The notes under the pieces were generated by a model, which was not told the DNA's origin, ran no database searches, and saw only the letters and a list, made by a program, of their open reading frames with translations. A DNA stretch of 64,000 bases, from assembly GCF_001194135.2 (NCBI RefSeq), contig NC_068984.1:127099154-127163153 (forward strand), given 5' to 3'. This DNA comes from Octopus bimaculoides. Taxonomy: Eukaryota. The position numbers were made by a program, and so were the translations under genes. Shown in pieces: positions 28,129 through 40,825 of this stretch. Within the stretch, counting starts at the first letter, position 1, and each line of letters begins with the position of its first letter.

Positions 28129-28346
28129 CCAACAACACGATTATGTACAGAATTATTCCATTGACAAACTGGATAATGTTCGTAAAGTTGTAACGATTTT
28201 TAAAGACTGTTACGTTCAAACTAGCAAGATGTGAAGATTTATTTGATGTGTCTGATAAATTATTGATAAATCCATCAAAGGCAGTTATGTTTGTGGCTGC
28301 TTTAGCAACAAAAATGAAGTATGGACAGCTTTGTAGCAGCATTTTA
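28129..28346 (-). CDS. Candidate coding exon: glycosylated extracellular N-terminus plus start of a TM helix (GPCR-like)
   Basis: Acceptor tattttgaacag, ATG at 28342 in aaaATG context; MLLQSCPYFIFVAKAATNITAFDGFINNLSDTSNKSSHLASLNVTVFKNRYNFTNIIQFVNGIILYIIVLL(G) has 5 NxS/T sequons; donor G|GTAGGA is weak. Confidence 0.4.
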
Positions 28347-28629
28347 CTGTTCAAAATAGAGTTTTATTTTTCTTTCTTTCTTTCTTTGTTTTCTTTCATT
28401 ATATCGACAAGCAGACCACCACAAATGGTTGCAGTAATTTTCTATCAAAATGTTTTTCATCCACCTCCTGGGTTACTTCAATCATGTCTAAAAATATTAA
28501 AAGGCTTTCAAAGTGATTTTTTTTTTGTTTCTTTTACTTTATTTATTTTTATTTTTTTACCACAAGCCAAAATATTTTAATTGCAACATTTGTAAATTAC
28601 AAACAGCAACCCATGGTGAACCTAGGTGA

Positions 28630-29050
28630 CTTTTATCTTTTACTTGTTTCAGTCATTGGACTGCAGCCATGCTGGGGAATTGCTTTGAAGGATTTCAGCA
28701 AAACGAATCAACCCCAGTACTTAATTTTTAAAGCCTAGTACTTATTCTATTGATCTCTTTTATTGAACTGCTAGGTTACATGGATGTAAACAAACCAATT
28801 CTGGTTGTTAAGTGATGGTGTAAGATAAACACAGACATAAAGACACAGACACACACAGATAGATAGATAGACAGACAGACAGGCAGACAGACAGACAGAC
28901 AGATAGATAGATAGATGATAAGCTTCTTTCGGTTTCTGTTTACCAAATGCACTCAAAGACTTTAGTAGGACTCTTGCTCAAGGTGACATGCAACAGGACT
29001 GAACCTGGAACCATGTGGTTGGGAAGCAAACTTGTTGTCTTGCAGTAATG
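28630..29050 (-). mobile_element. SINE family B with (GACA/GATA)n internal microsatellite
   Basis: cttttacttgtttcagtcatt tail and gaacctggaaccatgtggttgggaagc head on the reverse strand. Confidence 0.85.
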
Positions 29051-29474
29051 CCTGTGCCTGGTGAATACCTCAGCATTGTTTTATTTCCTGTTTAGTATGG
29101 TTCATTACAACCATTTATTAGTTGTTAACTTTTTATATTAAATGCATTCAGTGTTGGGCACATGTTGGGCAGTGTATGAATCACATAAGAGAGATGACCA
29201 TTTACTAAAAGATATCTGTCATATTTAGAAAGCTGACATATATATACAAGCCATAAATGTCATGAACTAAGGCTTGCTTCAGAAATATTCTGAAATATGA
29301 TATATCTGATCATACTTGCTACCATCTCAAACAAACCAGTCACAAGCCCACCAATGCAGCATCACACAAATCCATTAACTTTTGATATACACTTTCAAAA
29401 ATTCTAGAAAGACCCAATGTGTACATTACAATATAGATTCAAATCATTATAATTAACTACATACTGTAAGCAAA

Positions 29475-29680
29475 TAAGAGACCTTCTATGTGGTTACTCA
29501 CTTTCTAAAAATGACAGTCAAACATCTTGCAGATCACACACTATAGTTTTAAAAAGAATGGAAGAATACATTACATAATATGGTCCTAGATACATGATGT
29601 TTAAAAATAAACGTCATGATAATGGCTGGGGCATCTTTTAGTATGGACTGGTGCAATCAAAGCTGAACAACAACTACACA
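29475..29680 (+). mobile_element. Unclassified SINE-like family E with (AAC)n tail; related copies ~39790-39995(-), 40521-40715(-), 44560-44660(-), 57630-57830(+)
   Basis: Shared motifs (ctagaaatagcagc.aaat, ggctggaatgcc, gctaaacaacaac-like end) recur across copies. Confidence 0.55.
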
Positions 29681-29879
29681 ACTCATAAACTTTGGAATAA
29701 TGCAGTTGGAAAACCATTCACAATTGTTCAGAGTCAGAAAATATGCACCTGTTGCAATTCGTAAGAGAGTGAATTGTGACTTTGTTGCCCACTTGCATCT
29801 CCTATGCCAACCCATTGAACAGTTTTATGCTTTCATATTTCAGCATAAGAATGTGGTCATGAAAACTGTCAGCCATCCA

Positions 29880-30460
29880 TCATTGGGTTGCTTGAGCCTT
29901 ATGTGATGGCCCTACTGAAACATATATGGCTTTCTATTGCATACTCAATCTTTCCTGGGCTCGACAACTGTTTACAGGACCTCAATGTAGCCAGCAGAGT
30001 TAACTCTAAGGCTTTGTGGAAAGAAGAGATGTGGTATCACCTATCCTTCATTACTGACAATTCCAAAAGCCATGACAGTTGCAGGAAATATTGTGTGCAT
30101 GACTGTAGGAACTTCAAAAATGTCTGAACATAACCATCTGTCATTTTTTCTTTTATTTCATTAATCTTTTGGTCCTGGTCAAAGTTTTTTTTCATCTGAG
30201 AAAAAACAAATCATGTCACGTCCTTCTAAGATTATAATTTTAAGAGCTTTTTAGATTTGATCAAATGATTTTCTTTTATTTTTTGACATGCATTGACCTG
30301 TCCTCATCATGTAAGACTTGTACAAGATGCTTTCATGGACAACATTTCTGATTGTCGCTTCTGATACATGGGAATTTTTTGCAATTGACCTCATGGATTT
30401 TCTGGGATTTCCATCTATGATCTGCTGAACTTGTTGAATAAATTCTGATGTTCTGACCCC
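29880..30460 (-). mobile_element. Third Tc1/mariner (maT-like) transposase fossil
   Basis: VRTSEFIQQVQQIIDGNPRKSMRSIAKNSHVSEATIRNVVHE (HTH), CFFSDEKNFDQDQK (first D), NDRWLC...VMAFGIVSNEG...KPYMFQ; stops and frameshifts. Confidence 0.85.
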
Positions 30461-31949
30461 ATCCAGCTGGGGGGAACACATACGCCATAGAAACTGGGAG
30501 ACCGGGCCCATGAGCCTGGCTAGGCTTTGAAAGAGCACATAAATAAAAATAAATATGGTGTGTTGCAGCTGCATAGTTAGTATAGGAGATAGTGCATTAT
30601 TTTACATATCTGATGTAACAACTAGGCATACAACACCACGCCTTTATTTAAGTAAAAATCAACTACCGATAGTGCCATGCCAACATACAATGGACGTGTA
30701 TGATAAAGAAACAAATGTTTTGAAATAATGTGTTTAAGACAATTATTATTATTACCAACATTAGAATATAAAATACCTAAAAGAATATATGAAATAAAAA
30801 AAAAAACTTATACATGCATGTAATTTATTGCCATTGCTAAAAAATAAGAGACAAAATATTAATGGTAAGACTTGGTAGAGTGTTAGGAAAATCCATTTTA
30901 TTTCTGTCACAAAATAACTTAGTAATTGTGGAAAAGTAATATTTAAAGTTACCAGAAAATAGTGTAAAGTAAGTCAGTAAGATTTGCTGTGTGAGATATT
31001 GATATTTAAAGAACACATTGAATAGATGAACTGTAGTTAACAGGATTCTGTAGTGATTTAAAACAGGTTGTTATGTAGCTGCTTCTGAGATTCTGTGTGA
31101 GAGTTAATAATATCACACTGTATCATCTGATCAGTTTGTGGGAAAACAATTGGTGATGTAGAAGCATCGACAACATTCTGTTGAAAATCTGTCTGAGTTT
31201 GAGCATTGATTGGTGGTGAGGATAAAGGAGTTAAATACTGAAGCAGTAAAACAGAGATATATTAATAAAAATCATGAAACAACACAAAACAAAATAGACA
31301 TTGACATATTTTGTAGCAGCAATTCTAAATAAGTATAAAGCATTAAAAGAACAAGTATTTTTATACAAGTTGTATCTAATCAATAAGAACAGAAACTGAT
31401 GCTGATGTTTACAAAGAAATCAATCTCATTTCATAATTGCAGTCAGCTTTAATGTAGAATATAAAACAGGAATTCTCTTTAAGATACACCAGTTGCATCA
31501 ACATATGATAAAAATACCCTGACAGAGATTTGAATTAATTTATAAATTTAAGTACACATTTATATATACTGAAATATATTTAGTCATCTCTTATAAATAG
31601 ATGTAGTTGTCTGCAAGGATATAGAAATTTCATTTTCCTGGTATCAAGACAGGCAATAGATTTTTCAGAATTGGTGGAGCATCAGATAAAATACCTTAAA
31701 ATATTTAATCATACTACTTCAAATTCTTATTTTAGGTCCTGCAAAATTCACCTTTGTTTTCACGTTCTACTGAGGTCAGTTATATAAAGTACCAGTTGAG
31801 TAGTGGGATCAATACGTTTGATTGTGCCAATCCTGATAAATTTCTGGCTTTATTACCTCGTTAGAAATCATTACTGTTGTAGTCATCCCTGTCACCTGCA
31901 CAGCTGCCATTATAGACATTGTCATCATAATTATCATCATCTTTGCTAG

Positions 31950-32150
31950 AATGGTGGATTGGCAGAATAATTAGAGCACCAGAATAAATGCCTTATCATA
32001 CTACTTCTAGCTCTTTACATTCTAAGTTCTAATCTTGCTTGAGTCAAATTGCCTTTCATCCTTTCTGGGTCAATAAAACAGATACTGAGGTCGATGTAAT
32101 TGACTAACTCCTTCCTCCAAACCTGATGGCTTTGTGCCATAATTCAAAAC

Positions 32151-32160
<10 letters not shown>
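31950..32160 (+). mobile_element. SINE family A with (ATT)n tail; further old copies ~31660-31870(+), 32570-32720(+), 33700-34015(-, two), 36150-36350(-)
   Basis: gcctttcatcctttctgggtcaataaa and gtcgatgtaattgact motifs. Confidence 0.7.
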
Positions 32161-32183
<23 letters not shown>

Positions 32184-33179
32184 TTGCTTTGGTTGATCCT
32201 GTGAGAGCAGACAGGAATCTGTTGTCAGAGGTCTCACATGGTTTCTTTCCACAAATTATAAGCTTTGATACTTGGATGTTAGCTTATCGTGGAAGACACT
32301 CAACACCTAAGCACCAATCTTAAAATCCTAGCTGTCCCCAATAGAGCAGTGTTTTTGGCTTGCTCTGCCCTTATGTTGATTCCAATTTCTCCAACATATT
32401 TTTCAAACCTGGTTGTTAGTGCTCCAAGTGCCCCTACAACTATTAAGATAATAGTTACTCTCTTCATGTGGCAATTATTATTTTTTCTCCCCCTTCTTTT
32501 TTTCAACACCGGAATATGAGGATGATGCAAGTGAGAGGTACCAACAGTTTCAATCAGTCTAACAGCAGTAGTAAAGCAATTAGCAGAATCATTAGAACAC
32601 CAGACAAAATGCCTATAGTATTTAGCTACAACCATTCTGAGTTCAAATCTTGCTAAGGCCAGCTTTGTTTTTCATCCTTCTGGGCTCAATAAACTAATGT
32701 ACATGTCAATTATTGGGGATAATTTACATTCTTATAATCCAGTATAGATGTGAATGGAATTATAATAGGACTTAGAATAAGAATTCAATAGACAACATTG
32801 AACAGATGTAGAGCTAGAAAAAGTTAGCAGTTATGTAGGTTTTAATCTTCATGTCAAAGACATTGTAATTGTAATAGATTACATACAATCTTTTATGTAA
32901 AATTGAGTGTCTGACATCTGGTTTCAACTGTCTCCAGTTTTAAAGACATTTTCAAATTACTGGTCATTTAAAATCTTGTTATTTTGACAGTTTCAGCATT
33001 TACTTATGTCTCCAGAACCACTTTCTGGGATAACTGATGTGAATTAGCTAATTAATTTGTGTCACAATTTCTATTAAGAACTTAGAAGCTAAACATTCAA
33101 TTCCATTTCCATTTCACTTATCATAAACACCTAGAATTAGCTGGTGTACTATCCATTTTTGCTATGGTGATGATCAATA

Positions 33180-33303
33180 CAAGTTTTTGGTCAGACCGAG
33201 GCTATAGTAGAAGACACTTGCCTAAGGTGGCATGCAGTGGGACTGAACCTGGAACCATGTGGTAAGTAAGCAAGCTACTTACCACACAGCCACTCCTGTG
33301 CCT
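33180..33303 (-). mobile_element. SINE family B 5' half
   Basis: Near-identical reverse complement of 50165-50280. Confidence 0.9.
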
Positions 33304-34047
33304 GTCACCTGAGAGTTGTTAGATAAATTCATGTTTCTTTTTTCTACTTGACACTCCATTGTCATATGTCTGAATTAAGGTAAAATTCATTCAAATTTCA
33401 AAAATGAAAACAAGTGTGGTAGAGGAAGAATAGAGCCACAAAAAGCCATAAAAAACTATGATGAAAGTATTTTTCATGTTAATTCAAGTAACATTGCCAA
33501 GGTTTACAATAAATGCAAAAAAAAAAACAAAAAAAAAAATAAATCTATCCAATAAGTGTATCTACTATAGGCACAAGGCCAGCACCTATCCACACAAATA
33601 TGCCTGCACCTAGTTAGTTGATCATTTTGATCCTAGCACTTGTACAGTATTTTATTTTATGTGCCAGTTTGCCACAGAACAATGACACAAATGATAATTC
33701 TTTCTACTATAGGCACAAGGCCTGAAATTTTGTTAGAAGGAGCTACTCAATTACATTGGCCCCAATGCTCAACTGGAACTTATTTTGTCGACCATCAAAG
33801 GATGAAAGCCAAGTCAACTTTGCAGAATCTGAACTCAGAACAATGATACTAATAATAATCCTTTCTACAGAGACCAAGTGGTATTTATTTCATTGACTTT
33901 GAAAGGATGAAAGGCAAAGCTGACCTTAGCAGAATTTAGACTCAGAATGTAAAGATGGATGAAAAGGTGTTAAGCATTTTGTCCAGCATGCCAATGATTC
34001 TGCTAGCACACTGTCTTAATGATATAAGTAATAATGATACAAGTTAC

Positions 34048-34290
34048 CTCATTCTCTTGACTTTTTGCCTTGAATTCAGAGCTGCACTGATTCTCATAAT
34101 TTACTTCTGTTTGGTCAGTTTTCTCTCTAGGCAACTGGGGATCTGGAGAAGTTTCATTTAACTGGAGACGTTCTGTGATTTTGTCACTTGGTTGTGGAGT
34201 ACTGAGGAAATTGTACCTGCCATCTTTTTCTGTGTCCTTGTGCTCCACTTCAGTAATAGGAATATATGAATTAACAGGGCTCAGAGACAT
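34048..34290 (-). CDS. Probable internal coding exon (243 nt, phase 0-0) of an unidentified gene; hydrophilic, likely disordered
   Basis: Acceptor tctgtttccatatttcag, donor gag|gtaact, open frame MSLSPVNSYIPITEVEHKDTEKDGRYNFLSTPQPSDKITERLQLNETSPDPQLPREKTDQTEVNYENQCSSEFKAKSQENE; not repeat-like. Confidence 0.6.
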
Positions 34291-34859
34291 CTGAAATATG
34301 GAAACAGATATATTCTTAGGATCAGCTCATTCAAACTATAAAGAAATCAAATAGGTGCAAGTTGTAAGGGCTACCAAACACTTGGCCATGAGTTGTAGCA
34401 TTACTAAATATCTGTCGTACTATTTTCCTGAGAGAAGTACATGACTTTTATTGCTCCCATCTGGTTGACTGGCATAAAAACAATCACAATCCTTACTTCA
34501 CAGTCAAGTAATCATGGTATAAAGGACTTCCAGCAATAAACAACAATTTTTCTGACAAATAAAGGCATGTATGTATTGCAGTTCTGTACAATGAATAATC
34601 TTACAATAATAAATACCCTGTTCAGCTACTCAATGAAAAGATGGACAACATGGTTTTCACCTGACAATCAGACATTCAATTAAGTAATCTAGATTATTAT
34701 CCAGGAAACATAAACATCAAAAAAGATTTTTATCTTTACCTTTTTGGATATTTTAATAGTCCCACCAAACAGGCAAAAGAAAATGACAAAAGCAAAATGG
34801 TGCAAATAAAACTGTTGGTGTGAAAGTTTGAAATAAAGGTAAAAAGCTCAAGACAGATA

Positions 34860-35800
34860 ACTGAAGGGAACACTGTACTATAACTTCATCGACTTTAAAG
34901 TTCTTTACATGACCTGGAGGATGTTCCTATGGAAAATGATGGCAGCAAGAGGTGGAAAGACCAAGAAATTTTGAATGAAAGAGGCACTATGCAGAGTAGC
35001 AACAGTGCTGAGGTGAAACTGATGGAATAGTATTGTAGTGACACCTTATAGCAGACGACTGTTATATGTTCAATGTCCGGAGTTTTATCCACGCATGCGC
35101 AGGGACTAGTTCCGGAAGGAATACAGGAAGAGTCTCATGCGCATGCGTAGAGTTCGACACCCAGCTTTGGCGCCTTTTCTCAGTCTCTTCGTTGACTGAT
35201 CTCCGTCGAGCCAAGACGTCCAACAGAGCTCTCTCACATGTCAGCACCAGAGCTTCACAAATAACCACGGAAATCATTCAGAAGGCGTCTCAGTAACCGA
35301 GGGCGACGAGCTACCGAATTCCCTCCAAGCGTGAACTGAATTCCACTGTAAATAAATATTGTTATGTTGTTCAGAATCTGCGTTCCGTTGTTTCTTCTAT
35401 AAATTTAATGTACGGAAGCGGTGTACACGTAATGGTGTATAACCACTTCCCTACAGTATGAAGTAAGTAGAGACCTAAAACAAGGTTGCCTGCTACCCGT
35501 TCCTTTTTCATCATCTTCCTGGAATTTGTGATGAAAGAACTGAAAGATTTGGATGAGTGCCAACCTGGATGAAAGTCTGGCACTCACTGACATCCCCCCC
35601 CCCCCACAACCATAAATATTAGATATACTGACAACACAACTATAATATTCAGTCTTTGATGAATAGGAAATATCCTCCAAACAGTTGGGTATATTAAGAT
35701 GGAGCCTGAAAATAAATGGCACAAAGTGCAAGGTTCTGTCACCTAGCATGGAGAGGATCATACTGGATGGTTCTTAAGTTGAACAGATCATGGGGTTTAG
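34860..35800 (+). mobile_element. Old RTE LINE reverse-transcriptase fossil, split by the LTR-like insertion
   Basis: FIDFK...LWKMM before the insert; RDLKQGCLL/FIIFLEFVMKEL, INIRYTDNTTII (YADD motif decayed) and KINGTKCKVL-like motif after it. Confidence 0.8.
35060..35445 (+). mobile_element. Probable solo LTR
   Basis: Starts TGTTATA, ends TATAAC(c)A (terminal inverted match); CpG-rich relative to flanks; AATAAA near 35351; interrupts an RT fossil; TSD not clean. Confidence 0.65.
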
Positions 35801-36790
35801 TGCCAAATAGGTGAGAAGGCATTTACAGTATTTGAAAGAGAGAAATGTGACCAGGACTGAGTGACATATAAGTCAGCAACTCAAAGATAGGTAGTACAAT
35901 GCCTTTAATTTTTTCCAGTTGCATTTTATGTCTTAGACACTAAACTATGAAGGTACATCACATTTTTAAATGTGATATTTATAGACTATGTGGAGCCTTT
36001 GTAAGTCAAGGTTGACCATCATTCTACACATGTATGTGCAGGGCTATACTTTTTTTTATGAAGGCTGATAGTTGCCCACACATACAAGTCTCAAGATACA
36101 ACTTCGCATTAGTTTTGTGGCAAAATATAAAGAATGTAAAGTATTGGATCTTTACACAAAGAATCTTGCTCAACTATCAACTAGCTCTATCCATCCACTG
36201 TTTTGGATTGGTATTTTTCTAGTGACCCTGAAGGTATGAGAGGCAAAGCTGACCCTGACTGAATTTGAACTCAGAGTGCAGAGAGAGCCAGAACAAATAA
36301 CACGAGGCACTCAGTCCCACACTTGAATGACTGTGCTAGTTTGCTTCCTTGATATTCCGAATGTAAACTGAAAACAGTCTATGCTAGGAATATTACAAGA
36401 CAAGCACTGAAATACTTCCATTAGTAAAGCTCTTCAAATGACAGATACTCTTCAGACAGACAGATAGTTAGATATTGAGGACACTAAAGAGAAAGTTCTT
36501 GTAAGCCAGTTCAAAAACTGATGTAATGAAAGCAGTGTTGACGACAATTATCATCTTTTCTCAAGATCATTAATAAGAGAAGGATTAAATGAACTTATTA
36601 CAAGATCTAAGTTATTTAAGTGATGGATTAATAACAGCAACTGTCTCTTGTCTCCTACAGCTGATGACAAATTTCTGAAGAAGGATATTGATCAGATTGA
36701 TCAGTTGAATAGAGACTAAATAGTTAGCCAACCATTTAGACTATTAAATTGACGGTGTGGCTTATAATGAACAATATCATAACAACTTAC

Positions 36791-36979
36791 CATATTACTG
36801 TCTATTTCTAAAAATAATGGTTTCACTTTGTTGAAGACCTCTTCACTAAATTTTGACTGAGACACTATTTGACATGTCAGACTGTTTGTATAAAACTGAG
36901 AAACAGTTGGGTTTTCAGGTGCATTTGACGGAATTATACAACTGTCCATGTGCTGCTTGTCTTTTATGCTGGAGTCCAA
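36791..36979 (-). CDS. Probable internal coding exon (189 nt, phase 0-0), splice-compatible with 34048-34290
   Basis: Acceptor aatttcatttcag, consensus donor atg|gtaagt, open frame LDSSIKDKQHMDSCIIPSNAPENPTVSQFYTNSLTCQIVSQSKFSEEVFNKVKPLFLEIDSNM. Confidence 0.6.
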
Positions 36980-37330
36980 CTGAAATGAAATTTTAGAAAA
37001 ATGCTTTGGTGAGACCAAATGTTGTTGTTGTTGTTATAATAATCAACGTCATCACTGCCCTCACCATCATTGCCGTCATCGTAACCATCATTTCCTCAGC
37101 ATTACTGTCATCATCATAATCATCATCACCACCATCATCTTTGTCATCTTTACCCCCCNNNNNNNNNNACCACCACCACCTCAGATTTTGGGGAGAAGAA
37201 AAAATTCCCTTGGAGGTACTCCAATACTTATATTCATAGTGTGATTGGTCAATATTCCAGATGACATTAGACTTAGACACTCGTGCCTATAAACCCTTTT
37301 GAAGTCTGAATGAGAGGCTGACATATATTG

Positions 37331-37547
37331 GTTTCAAATTTTGGTACAGGGCCAGGGATTTTTTTAGAGAAAAGGAAGTTGATTACATCACCCCCAGGGT
37401 CCAACGGGTACTTATTTTATCAACCCCAAAAGGATGAAAGGCAATGTCAGCCTTGACGGAATTTGAACTCAGAACATAAAGATAGATGCAATACTGCTAA
37501 GCATTTTGCCCAGCATGCTAATGATTCTGCCAGCTCACCACCTTAAG
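37331..37547 (-). mobile_element. SINE family A, near full length
   Basis: Reverse of ggtgagctggcagaatcattagc...gttctgagttcaaattcc...cctttcatccttttggggttgataaaataagtacc. Confidence 0.9.
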
Positions 37548-37717
37548 GGTGGCATGTATTAATACAAGTTCTGTCATCCAGCCATAGTTTCCATGAACCT
37601 GGTCAAAGGGGTTAACAGAAGAAACTTCCACCTATCTTCAAGGAGATTTTTTATATGGTAGTCCTGTACTACAATAAGGCCCAGACCTCCTGTGGTTTTA
37701 CAGATTAGATTAAGAAT

Positions 37718-38375
37718 ATGCCTGATCCTAACTCCACCAAGAAAAAATATGCCACAATAAAGTCATTGTTCACATCCTCATTTGACCTGAACATAAAAAC
37801 TTATGTAGGCAAGATCTTCATTAGTTTAGTTGATAAGCACTACCCCCAAACACATAAATACTGGAAAATATGTAACAAACACACCTTGAGGGTCTCATTT
37901 AGCTGCACTTGTAGCATCAAAAAAATATTACTAAGTAGGTCCCAGTTTGAAACAAAGACAAGCTACTCAGACAGAAGTAATGCTACATGTCCGTGTAACA
38001 ACTATTAAAATACAGAAACCATTGTGTATGAGGCAAAGGTGGTCTCAGGGGATTCAAACGGTGTGACAGACATCCAAAGATATCTATGTGCAACAGTAGG
38101 TCCCTCCAGGACCAAATTCAACAATTACAAGTCCTTGATTAACACCTAGGGGAAATGAAATGTCACATCTCTAGCATGGTATACATGGGTATTGAAGGAA
38201 AACATCAAATGGAGGACAGTGGAAAAGTGTAAACCTTCCTTTAACAGTAGTAAGAAGTACAGGCTCTGCTTTGCTGAGAAAAAAATCATATTAAAACTTT
38301 CTCCACCTGGGCACCAATTTTAATTGTAAGAGCGAGATATTCCAATCCTGCTCTCATGAACACAGATTCGTGCTA
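37718..38375 (+). mobile_element. Penelope-like element C-terminal linker and GIY-YIG endonuclease fossil
   Basis: FDLNIKTYVGKIFISLVDKHYPQTHKYWKICNKHTLRVSFSC, then IVYEAKV...LAWYTWVLKENIKWRTV...RLCFAEKKII...KSEIFQSCSH, fitting the PLE pattern KHFP..KIFN..VKVSYSC / IVY..YIG / LCLxEK..LN.R.E...CRH. Confidence 0.8.
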
Positions 38376-39994
38376 GCATACTGGTTAATCACACCACGAA
38401 TATAAGCAATGAGTATCCCATAAAGGTTTGTTTTCCCTCACCAAAATCTGAAGAATTAATATATAACTTGCTACACCCAACTGTGGTGTGTGTGTGTTTG
38501 TGTGTGTATGTGTGTGTACATATACACATGCACATACACATATATACATATACATGACCACACACATTAAAATTAACTTCCCTTACCATCTCCCACCCCC
38601 ATGCTCTACATCTGTACCACCTACCACCATCACCCCAGTTTATAGTTTTATGCATGCATGCCATTGTTGTGTGAATGGTATTGCAATGTTTGCAATAACT
38701 GTTTCCAGTTTTCTTAACACTAAGAATTCTGGAATTCCTCCAGATATACATGGGAGATTTAGCTCTTTCAGAGATACCTTGATAAAAGTGTAACAACTGA
38801 ATGAGAGGGGTTTGTGGTTATTGACCACATCAATATGAAAAGATCAGGCTAACATTTTATGGCCAGTGGTCAATCAAGTGTAAAAGATAGAACAGTACAT
38901 ATATTTCATGTTGAGAGCAATAAATAACTGATATTTTACGCTATATGACACAACAAATAAGAGAAGTCGTGTAAGTGTAACAATACCAGGCTGCATTCGA
39001 TGTAATAAATTAGTTGTAATATTGAGATAATCCAGTCAGTGCTGTTAGAGCAATATCATAGACAGAGTTTGGCATGGAGAAGATAAACGATATTGGCCTC
39101 ACTTTGAGATGAATGAAGGAATGAAAACTACAAAGGACAAGTGTTGAATGTTAACCATTTTGTAGATTTATCTGACATATGCTGTGCTAAGATTGAAAGC
39201 TATAATGATGATGATGATGTTGATGATGGTGATGGTGGTGGTGGTGGTTTTGGTGGTGGAGGTGGTGACGATGGCAACAACGATGCCAAATTAGAATGCA
39301 AGTAATTTCAACGGAATGACATGTATGATATTATGACATTCTGTTGAATAAAACATTATTGTTTTAGTGGTTAATGAGGAAAATATTCATAGATTCATAG
39401 GAGATGAAGATGTGATTACTACAGCTAGAGACTTTTGTGTTCATCTGAAGAAAACAATCAGACTTCAATGACAGTAGACATGCTGCTTACAAAAAAAAAC
39501 AAAAAAACAACAAAAAAACTGAATGGGAATCAAAGAGCCTTGAGTAATCTACAGTTTACAGATGCAAATAATATGATAATATGGAATACAGTTTTTTTAA
39601 AAAAGTAACAAACAAAAAACACAAATACTATGAATCCATTGAGAAACATTAACTTATGTAAATGTAAAAATGAAAGTCAGTTCAATCCTGCATTGGGGGT
39701 GAAAACTGTAGAGTAAAAAGATTTAAAATGTTTTAAGATGTAAATCTATAATTTAACAATGGTGGCAGTCATAGGAGAAAATTGTTGCTATTGTTTTTTT
39801 TTGCCCTAGATCAATCCTGATCAATTAGGCTTACCATCAAAGGTGTTCCAGGCATTGCCATTTTTGTTCTCCAGACAAACTGTATCCAGGACAGTAGTAC
39901 TTGATATGCCCTTCATTTTTTTTTTTTTAAAGATAGGTAAGATATGATTTGAAGGAGATTTAGCTGCTATTTCTAGCAAGTCTAGGGTCTATCT

Positions 39995-40425
39995 ATTACC
40001 TTTTACTTGTTTCAGTCATCAGACTCTGGCCATGCCGGGGCACCACATTGAAGTGTTTAGTCAAACAAATCAACCCCAATACTTTTTTTTTTTCTAAGCC
40101 TGGTACTTATTCTATCAATCTCTTCTGGCTGAACCACTAAGTTGCAGGGATGTAAACAAACCAACAACAGGTGTCAAGTGGTAATGGGGGTCAAATGAAA
40201 ACACAAATCATGCACACACACATATATAAATGAATACATATATAAATACATGTGTGTGTGTGTGATGAGTTTCTTTCAGTTTCTATCTACCAAGTTCACT
40301 CACAAGGCTTTGCTTACTCTGGGGCTATAGCAGAAGGCAATGTCCAAGGTGCCACACTTGGACTGAATCTAAAACCATGTCATTGGAAAGCAAGCTTTTT
40401 ACCACACAACCATGCCTACACCTAC
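39995..40425 (-). mobile_element. SINE family B, full length
   Basis: Tail ttttacttgtttcagtc at ~40001, head accacacaaccatgcct at ~40415. Confidence 0.85.
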
Positions 40426-40825
40426 ATAAGCAGCCAGGTTCTCTCATTTGCTTGTTATTAGTGGTGGTGGTGGCATCAGCAGCGGTGGTAGTAGTACTGG
40501 AGGTGGTATTAGTATTTTCGATGTTGTTGTTTAGTCTCAACCAGTAGAAAGATCAAAAAAGCCTGGCTGTGATCATTTAATTGTTTGTTTTTCAGACATT
40601 AGTGTGTCTGACTAAATTATCTAGTTAATATATCCTGTTTTTAAGACAATACAATGTAAACTGAGGGAAATTTGGCTGTTATTTCTAGCAGATTAAGTAA
40701 CCACATAGAGGATATCTTGTTGAGAATATTATACATAACATGTAGCAAACAAATGTCAGATGATCTTTCTTAATTAGACTTAGTGATCTGGTGATAAAGT
40801 GTATGGTTAGTAATGTGGAGTACAA

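Noticed and set aside
38587-38796. 210-nt phase 0-0 minus-strand exon candidate
   Set aside because: Splice sites are good, but the peptide looks implausible (W/G-rich end from low-complexity DNA); not excluded
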